64,000 bases of DNA from Octopus vulgaris (taxonomy: Eukaryota), in NCBI GenBank assembly GCA_951406725.2, contig OX597819.1, positions 29,202,001 through 29,266,000 of the forward strand, given 5' to 3'. Below are positions 54,298-64,000 of the stretch, one piece after another. The notes under the pieces are model-generated. The model worked only from the letters and a program-made list of their open reading frames with translations, was not told the origin of the DNA and did no database searches. A program made the position numbers and the translations under genes. Positions within the stretch are counted from its first letter, which is position 1. Every line of letters begins with the position of its first letter.

Positions 54298-54665
54298 GTC
54301 ATCATCATCATCGTTTAACGGCCGCTTTCCATGCTAGCATGGGTTGAACGATTTTGACTGAGGGCTGGCGAACCAGCTGGCTGCACCAGGCCCCAATCTT
54401 GATCTGGCATAGTTTCTACAGCTGGATGCCCTTCCTAATGTCAACCACTCCGAGAGTGTAGTGGGTGTTTTTTACGTGCCAGTCAGGCGGTACTGGCAAT
54501 GACCTCGCTCGAATCTTTTTACACATGCCGCCGGCACAGGTGCCAGTAAGGCAACGATCATGCTCAAATGGCACCCTTTTACGTGCCACTGGCACAGAAG
54601 CCAGTTGGCTGCTCTGGCAACGATCATGCTCGCATAGCGCTCTTGGCACCACACTAGTATGGGCA
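54298..54665 (-). mobile_element. Family C SINE-like element
   Basis: Same tail and internal repeats as 23220. Confidence 0.85.
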
Positions 54666-55302
54666 TAAGAAAAGATATAATGAACACTTTAGGCTATTCG
54701 TCAGATCAGATTATAACAATTTGAAATGCACAGAGCTGAGTATATTGACTTGATACCAATGTTAAACATTGAATGATGATGATGTTTTCACATCAGACTA
54801 AATACCATTATCTACTTCTTGGTGCCAGACAATCTAACCCTTAGTAGCAGATTAGAACAATTCTTTGCAGCCTGTGAACTGTTGCTAGCTTCTTCCATCC
54901 GGTCTTCCTTTGTAGGTGGATAGCATAGTTTTGTGAACAAACAAGAACTCTGAAGTGACTCCATTGGTATGTGACACAACATAGAAGCCAACTAACAGTA
55001 AATATGGTTATAAATCTTCAGAGCTTTGCTAAAAGAGGCCAAACACTTTGCTGTCAGCTAATAGGGACATATTAAGATAGGTTTGTTTGTAATTAACTTG
55101 TTCAAAGAAAGAATGCTACTTTACCAACACCAATATTATTTTCTGTAGATAGTGTGTTGGCAGAATCAGTAAAGCTTAAGGTTTGTGACATTAGTTGCAT
55201 TTCTTTACGTTTTGAGGTCAAATCTTGTTGGGGTGGAGTTTATTTCATGGGCTCTCAGAAGGAGGAACAACAAAGGAGCAGTCAAATATTTGAGTAGATA
55301 TA

Positions 55303-55455
55303 TATTTCTTTATTACCCACAAGGGGCTAAACATAGAGGGGACAAACAAAGACAGACATAGGTATTAAGTCGATTACATCGACCCCGGTACATAACTGGT
55401 ACTTAATTTATCGACCCCGAAAGGATGAAAGGCAAAGTTGACCTCAGCGGAATTT
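55303..55455 (-). mobile_element. Family A SINE, 5'-truncated, with TSD
   Basis: ATATTTGAGTAGATATA is duplicated on both sides. Confidence 0.85.
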
Positions 55456-58400
55456 ATATTTGAGTAGATATAATCAACTGTTTCTATTCCCAAAATTTGT
55501 GGCCTTGTGCCTGTGTATCCCTCTATGTTGGGAGTTCAACTCCCACTCAGACTTTGTCATACATCCTTCGATAGGGTCAATGAAATAAGAAGTCAAATAT
55601 TGGAATTGATCTCATTAACTGTTTCTGTTCCTAAAATTCGTGGCCTTCTGCATATGTGAAAAAAGAAAAACATTATCATTTTATGGTGGATGTTATTAAT
55701 ATATTTTTCAGAAGAGGTTTTCATCTTTGAGAAGATTGAATATTGAATTAGGTATTTAGAATTATCTTGATTTCTTCTGGGAGACTTCAATTATCACTTT
55801 TTGTAGTTACTATTTTCTGAAACAGTGTTTACACTTCTTTAGTCTGTCTTTCCAGCTAAAGTTAATATCACTTCAATTGATTATACGGCATGAACTGTAA
55901 CAAAATTTGACAATGTTGATAACTTGGCTTGAACATCTAAAGACATTTATAGCATGAAATGTAATGGAACTATAAACTATTTTCGGTGCCATGTAAAGAG
56001 GATGAAAGTTTTAAATTCAAAAACTAAGCTGTTTTAATAGTGAATTTTTCATTTTTAAATTGTTTAATCAGAGGAGGAAGTACAGTGCTTTTACATCATT
56101 TAAGTGTTTTCAAGAGTGGTGGGAAGTATTGAGGAAGCTATCCTCAGACCAACAGAGACCTCACCTAAACTTGAACAGCAAAGTAGCTAAAAGAGCTACG
56201 TGCTGGGGCTAAACAAGGCAATTCATTAAGTCTACTGTTTCATATGGCAAGTTCCATAAATTCAAAAGTTATCATCATACAGTGATGTGGTTAGGATATT
56301 ATCATTATTATTATTATTATTATTATTTAATAGAGGAAATAGAGAAATAGTAAAATATTAAAAAACAAAATAAACTGCCAGGAGATTAATATTATGATCT
56401 TCAAAGCTAACAACTTAAACTGCCCAAATTAACATTTATATGTTATATACATCCAACATACACTTCATAATAAAAAGTTCAAATTAACATTTCTATACTA
56501 TACATCTAACTACTTAGACTTAATAAAAATTCATATCAGTTTTCATGTAAGCATGTGTGTGTGTGTACATACATACATACACACACACCAAACCAATAAT
56601 GTACAAATTCAGCTATATTGGTCATAACAAAAATTGATGTGGTCTTTATATCACACTATTGAGCATACTTTCTAAAGCAGCAGAAAGATCCACTTTACTT
56701 CACTGGATGTATTAGATGTTTTCATTTACCATTCGGCAGACATAAATTATACAACAGTTTTATGCAGAGGAACAGTGAAATATTGATATTTGCACAAGTG
56801 GTTATAAAGTCAGCTGCTCTATCAAGGTTTAGAGCACATAAAACACATGGAGTTTTTTTTTTTTAGGATACTAACATAATTCTGCTTGTTTGATTACCAA
56901 GTCAGGCTGAACAGTCATAAAATTATCTCACTTGAATAAATTTGTTCTATAGAAAGGGAATAAGGTGAAAATTTGATTTCACTCAAACAAACGTAGCTGG
57001 TCTTGTATTCTACGCATAAACAGAAAAGTTCTTTCTTCAACTATAACAACTGGAAATAATGAGATAAAATATTTATAAAAAAAAAAAATTAAAACTATTT
57101 TTCAACAATGTTAGATATTTTTGAGCAAATGAAAAATAAAACAAAAATTTGTTAAATTTACTATATAGTGTTGACAACGGTCAAATGTTTAGTTGCCAAG
57201 TGTAGGCATCATGCTGAATCTCTGTCAGAATACAATATTAATGAAGCCATCATTTGAGACAATGTTTATAACAATTCGTTACTGTGTCAATAGAATTTAG
57301 GGGAAAATAAAATTTAGGGGGAAATTAATAACAATGAAAAAATCTTGACAATATATTCATGACTTACTTCTCTTCACAGTATTAGAAACCTATACAAACT
57401 CAGTAATAGTTGATGAGAATTTGATAAGAAAGTTAATATAATTATCATAAGTAATGTATTCCTGAAATTGTCAACATATATTTTGCTATCATCGTATATT
57501 TGGCTACACACAGCTTTATACTTTAAATCTTGGTAAATCAATGAAAAGTAAAATAAATTCTGGGCAATACCAAAACTTAGATACAAGATGTAACAATGGA
57601 AACTGGGCAGTTAGCATTGATTTATTCCATTTAGTTTCACCAGATTACTACATCCAATGATTTTCATTCCACAACGAATTCAATAAAAATTATTCAAATT
57701 GTTATCACACCCAAGAAAGCCATTCTTTTTTCAAATGAATCAAACTAATTTTGCAACATAATACTGAAACTTCGAGGTTTTGGTGAGCCTTAAGGTTTAT
57801 AGTTCACAATTCTGATAAAAAAAAAAGCTTTTCCATCATGGTGTCATGATCTGAGTCAGGTTTTATCCAGAGTTACTGCCTACCTACTTTGTCTGTGGTG
57901 ATCATATTTCAAATCTATGTTCTATTTTTAGTTGGGTACCCTTCCTATCACTAACCAGTTAACAGAGTGTATTACATAATATTTACAATTAAATAAAATA
58001 TACTTAATTTACAATGTTATGTGAATTTGGGAGATAAAAGGAATTTTCCATGATAAAGTATCTAAAATTAAAACAAAGGTTTCACCTATTGGTGCAAAAA
58101 ACAATAGTACACTTCCTATCAAAATATTAAAAGTAAGGAATTAATGTGGTGACAAGTCAGACTTGGAAAAATTATAAAAGCTAGATGAGTATTCTACGAA
58201 CTAAATTTCTTCACTTTATTAGTACAGTAGCATCTCATAAATGTAATGTAGTGAGTTAAAAAGCTCTGACCAACTAAAATTATCCAAGTAATCATGAGAT
58301 AAACACTCTCATTGGGTAATTAAAATTTAACAGTGACTATATTGCTGATATTTCATATATATCTATATAGTGATCACATTTAGTCATACTAGCTGAATAA

Positions 58401-58788
58401 AATGTTTCACTAAGGAGATCTAATAAGACTGAAATATGACCACTACTTTCATCAGTTGGTCTTAAAGATGAGATCCACCCTGATCTACATTGTCTGTATT
58501 CTCAAAAAGTTTCAATCAACTAACCTCATTGAAGTATATGTTCCTTGCTGGTTTCTAAATTTCAAACAACTCTATAGGGAGTTTTTGACTTCTAGCTGTT
58601 TCAACAATCTAAGTTAATCAAAGGTTTTCATCTTATCAAACTATATATATATATATATATATGTGTGAGACCCAACTGCAGTATTTGTATTTATAATGCA
58701 GAATGTTTCACCTGAATATTCCTCTCGGCTATTCAAGCCAAAAGTTGGTGTTCTAGCTCAAACATAGTGATAAAAGTTTTAATCTAAA

Positions 58789-59178
58789 CTAGCAGTATCG
58801 CCTGGCATTGCTCGGGTTTGTTTCGACCCTTTAGAATTGGAAGTTTTGAAAAGTAAAAATTATGCATTATGTAGCTTGTTATTCTCTTTAAGTGAACATT
58901 TTTCTGGTTGAAATACACCGAAAAATGGCAACACAGCAGTAAAAAAATCGTAAAAAATAGGGATTTTCATAGAGAAAAAAGCACCTTTTTGATGTAAATA
59001 ATTTTTGGTTTTAACACGGTCCGATTTGAATTTTTTCTTCTACAGAAGGAAGAGCAAGCCTTCTATCATACTCTCAATTTTGGTCAACTTGCGCCACAGG
59101 GTCTTAGAGGAGATAGAGTTAATTGAAGGCTACCAAACCTGCCATACACAGGCAACTTCAGCTTTATATACAGAGAGA
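58789..59178 (-). mobile_element. Non-autonomous Helitron sharing its 3' end with the 33451 copy
   Basis: A|CTAGCAGTATCGCCTGGCATTGCTCGGGTTTG at the left end, GCTTTATATACAGAGAGA|T at the right end; different interior. Confidence 0.8.
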
Positions 59179-59634
59179 TTTATAAAAGTTTTTCATTTAA
59201 ACATTTGTTCTTTTTGATGTCATCCCACCTGAGACTGCTCTGGTTCTAAGATACAAACTACTCATTTTAAAGTGATCTAAATTAAAACCTTCCAAAATTT
59301 CATGTTCCCAACACCCAGTTAATAATGGTTTCAAATTTCAGCACAAGGCCAGCGATTTGAGGGAAGGGTGTAAATTGATTACATCGACACCTCCCCCCCC
59401 CCAGTGCTCAACTAGTACTTATTTTATCAACCCATTTATATTATGACCATGGCAGAATTTGAACTTAGAACATTAAGACAGACAAAATGCTGCTAACCAT
59501 TTCGTCCAGTGTTCTAACGATTCTGGCAGCTCGTAGCCTCCACACCTACTTTATAATGATAAATTTTAATACATTCTTAATTAATTTCAAAATTAATTGA
59601 AACAATGGCAGTGTGTTTCATTAGAAACTATAAA

Positions 59635-59781
59635 CGTAGTAGTGGCTGTGTGGTAAGTAGCTTGCTTCCCAACCACATGGTTTCGGGTTCAGTCCCACTG
59701 TGTAGCAACTTGGGCAAGTGTCTTCTACTATAGCCCCGGGCCAACCAAAGCCTTGTGAGTGGATTTGGTAGAAGCCTGTTG

Positions 59782-59812
<31 letters not shown>

Positions 59813-60840
59813 GTGTGTGTGTATTTGTGTATCTGTGTTTGCCCCCCTCCCCCCAACATCGCTTGACAACCGAGGCTGGTGTGTTTACGTCCCCGTAACT
59901 TAGCGGTTCAGCAAAAGAGACTGATAGAATAAGTACTAGGCTTACAAAGAATAAGTCCTGGGGTTGATTTGCTCGACTAAAGGCGGTGCTCCAGCATGGC
60001 CGCAGTCAACTGACTGAAACAAGTAAAAGAGTAACTAAAGTGTTAATATTTGTAATTAAAAGATATTCTCACCACCATACTCTTGCTCTTATTCTTTGTA
60101 AGCCCAGTACTTATTCTATCGGTCTCTTTTGCCAAACCGCTAAGGGACGGGGACGTAAACACACCAGCATCGGTTGTCAAGCAATGCTAAGGGGACAAAC
60201 ACAGACACACAAACACACACACACATACATATATATATACATATATACGACAGGCTTCTTTCAGTTTCTGTCTACCAAATCCACTCACAAGGCATTGGTT
60301 GGCCTGGGGCTATAGCAGAAGACACTTGCCCAAGATGCCACACAGTGGGACTGAACCTGGAACCATGTGGTTGGTTAGCAAGCTACTTACCACACAGCCA
60401 CTCCAGTAAGTTGTGGTAAAAATGGACACTTTAGAAAACTGACAAGGGATTTGGATTCAGTTAAGAAGCCCAAAATGAATAAAGAATACTGATAAGGTAT
60501 GCGGTAAGAAGTTTGCTTCCCAACCACATGGTCCTGGGTTCAGTCCCACTGTGTTGCAGCTTGGACAAGTGTCTTCTATAAAAGCAGACCAAAACCTTAT
60601 GAGTGGATTTGATAGACAAACTGAAAAGAAGCCTGTTGTATGTATGTATGTATATATATATATTATGTGTGTGTGTGTGTTTATATCCCTGTAACTTAGT
60701 GGATTAGCAAAAGAAACAGATAAAATAAGTATCAGGGCTTAAAAAATAAAATACTGGAGTCAATTTATTCAACTAAAATTCTTCAATGTGGTGCCCCAGC
60801 ATGGCCGTAGTCTAATGACTGAAACAAGTAAAAAGTCAAC
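59635..60840. mobile_element. Cluster of three family B SINEs (+ 59635-60035, - 60085-60405, + 60495-60840)
   Basis: Each matches 42745-43160. Confidence 0.85.
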
Positions 60841-62845
60841 AAGAATACTGAGACTCTGACATTAATATAAATAGAATTATGCATAACAATTAAACTGAAG
60901 CTATTAGAAAACCAGATGTAATTAGAAACCCATTCTTGTATAATTTTAACAAGGTTAGAATGTATTTTAATGCTCAATCGTAATTGGATTTAGAAGAGCA
61001 GAAAATAGCTCACATAAATAACTGATAAATGACTGTAATAAACTTATTAAGGTTCGAGGTGAATTTATTAACATTAAATTAGTAAAATAATAGTTATTGT
61101 GTTGTGAACAGGAAATCCATTTCATAATCATAACATTCTAAACAATTAATATAATTGTTAATTTGTTATTCAAGGGATTTATATTTTGAAAAAGAAAATT
61201 AATAAAACTGATACAGATAATAAATAATTGGTGTTAAGTGGCATGTAATGCTACTTAACATTCCTTGATTAATTAACTTTAATAATAGAGATTTTTACAA
61301 ATCTCGCAATCAGTGGATTTTACAAATTCAACAATTAATGAGATTTTGAAATAAAAACTGGGGAATGATATTTTAAAGTGGTTATTTGAGACACACACAC
61401 ACACACACCATCACCATCAACAACAATGACAATAAAACCAGCACACAGCAAACTGTTACTTGCCAATAAATAAATAGATATTCATATGGGAATCAGATAG
61501 TTTATAAAAGTAAATTTCAGATACCAACTTGGACTGCTTTCTCTTTCATACCTTATATATATCATAAGATTTAGAGAAAAAATACTGCACTATTATATAT
61601 CGATGAAATTTTGTACTAAATACATTGTCATTATTGTTTATATTTATGCATTTTCAATATGGATGCTAGGCAAGTTATGTAAAATATCTCAAGGGAATGA
61701 TAAACACTTGGTAATTACAACTGTGAAAGGAATGATTTAAATAATTACAGTACAATATAAAATGTTTTCTCTTTTGAAATGTAATTAATAACATTGTTTT
61801 CAATTCCTAGTAACAACAATGCAAGAACACAATAATCAGAGAAGCATTAAGCCAAATATTTCAATTTGAAAAGAACAAACCTATTCAATGTGATGCATAT
61901 ACTTTTGATGTTTTGAACTTCCTTATACATCTTCAAATAACTTCCATATGTGATATTTGAAAATGATATTTACATAAATAAGTATCTTTTCAGTAGGATG
62001 GTAGAAAATCTGCATTTTAAAAAATTTTTGTTTAAAAATAGATGTATATTTGGGCATTGTATTGTGATTATGATATATGCACTACAGATAACAATAAGTT
62101 GGTTAATTGCAATCATAATATACATTAAAATTTGAGGACACATTTATCTCTACTGTAACTATACTCTTTATACAAACTTCAGATGAGAAGAAATCTATCC
62201 AGATGTGCAATTTACCACCCATCCCACAGAGTATATTGGTTTCAAATTTTGGAACAAGGAATTTCGGTAAAGTGGATAGGCTGATTACATCAACCCCAGT
62301 GCTCAACTGGTACTTATTTTACTGATTCTGAAATGAAAAAAGGCAAAGCTGACCTCAGCAGAATTTGAACTCAGAACGTGAAGATAGACGAAATACTGCT
62401 GTGCATTTTCCCCAGCATACATGCATGCACACACACAAACTCACTCACAAGGCTTTGGTTTGTCCAGGGCTAGAGTAGAAGAGATTTGTCCAAGGTGCCA
62501 TGCAGTGAGACTGAATTCCAAACCATGTAGTTGGGAAGTAAATTTCTTAATCACACAATCATGTATGCATGAAACAAGTAAACAATCAACGATTATGTTA
62601 TTTAGAGATAGAAGTCCCCATGCAATTCATCAAATCCTAATAGACATCACACCATATCATAGAATTTTATTTTAATATTTACTATTTCAGTTCCAAATTT
62701 CTTTTCTACACGTGTTTCATGAGGTGCATTTAACATTCCCTAGACACTCAGTCTTTTTCAGAAACATGTCTTAACTACAACCCCAATCATCAGGACTCTT
62801 CATAACTTTTTTTATAATTCAAAATATAAGTAATACAGACAGTAA

Positions 62846-63241
62846 TCTTTATATATAAAACTAAAGTTGTGTGTCTGTCTCCTACGATTTAGATTCCTAA
62901 CTACTCCCTTATTTTGCGGTGCAGTGTAACCAAAAGCGGGTATCTTATAGTCGTGATTCATATCGAGCCTTTCTGGGTATTAGTGCGCATCTACGATGAG
63001 TCTACGATTTAAAAAAAAATTTACCATCATTTTTCCCCATTTTTTAATGCATTTTTTTCCTATTATATAAGGGAAGTAACTCTCTAAAAATGTATTATTA
63101 AATCTTAGAACGTAAAAAGCTACAGTAACACCCCGCTTTGTGGTTAGCCATATTGAGATGGCTATTATACTTTACATCTCTAAAAATGCTTATATAGTTA
63201 TTTCCCTTACAAACCCGAGCAACGCCGGGCGATACTGTGAG
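62846..63241 (+). mobile_element. Non-autonomous Helitron, longer relative of the 33451 copy
   Basis: A|TCTTTATATATAAAA...CCCGAGCAACGCCGGGCGATACTGTGAG|T, with terminal CTAG mutated. Confidence 0.88.
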
Positions 63242-64000
63242 TAAAATATTATATAATCTATATATATATATGAACACATAAGTTTATGTGTCTGTAGCTA
63301 CTGTAGTAAATATTCCCAGTCAATAACATTAGGTATCTGCTAGTTTTGTAAATAATCTTCCTGGTGTTCTAAAGTCAACAGCCACACTAATTTCACATGA
63401 ACACACCCCTATTTTAGCCAAACATTCCTATGTTGGGCCTTTCTTAAACATAATGATAATAAAAGATGAAATAAATAAAACTAAAGTTATAGAAGATAAT
63501 GTTTTGTTTAAGCAGTTTCCAACATATGAAGTAGGTAGATAAAATATCTTAAGAATTTAATTGTAAGCATTATGTTACAAATTTGATTCAGCATTAATGT
63601 AAATATGATCTATCCTTCACTGATTGAATGGAAATGGTTTATTATTGCGGCAAGAGTGTTTAGATAATTAATCTGGTAATAAATATCTACCTTATGTGGA
63701 AAGTAAAAGAATATCACGAAAATTAATCATGTACATTTTCTAGTCTAATGAATGTCCTTAGAGTAGACGTAAAGTTTGGAAGTTGTACAAAAGTAAAGAT
63801 TAGAAAATGATTGAAGACAGTTAGTTACCTTGCAGTTTTTGTGATGTTTTTTTTTTTTTAACAAAACTTTTCACTATTCTTTATTATATGGAAAGAAGAA
63901 AGAAAAAAAAGATCTTATCAAAACTTTTGGACAGTCTGCTCCATTGGTTGTGTTTAGATTAGACTGCATGGATATAAACATTAAGTTGTTTATATTGTGC

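Noticed and set aside
56425-56533. ~55-bp diverged tandem duplication
   Set aside because: Ordinary local duplication in AT-rich DNA.

Overview
This is AT-rich, repeat-saturated eukaryotic non-coding DNA. The SINE repertoire and very long (TA)n/(TACA)n arrays suggest an octopus or other cephalopod genome (inference). I recognise no intact protein-coding gene, and nearly all long ORFs are microsatellite artefacts. The window holds two mariner remnants, MITEs, four or five non-autonomous Helitrons, LINE fragments (RTE, R4/Dong-like, Hero/NeSL-like, L1/Tx1-like) and several tRNA-derived or RTE-tailed SINE families. The most striking signal is a set of sequence-unrelated, asymmetric long inverted repeats embedded in (TA)n tracts. 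Most carry hammerhead-ribozyme cores (CTGAnGA...GAAA...TH), as expected for Penelope-like or retrozyme-type non-autonomous elements. Also notable: a twin-priming-type inverted RTE insertion, two probable SINE/LINE 3'-tail partnerships, a fixed-spacing CRE-CCAAT-TATA array, and weak candidate exons of an unidentified minus-strand gene. All coordinates were read by eye and are approximate to a few bases.
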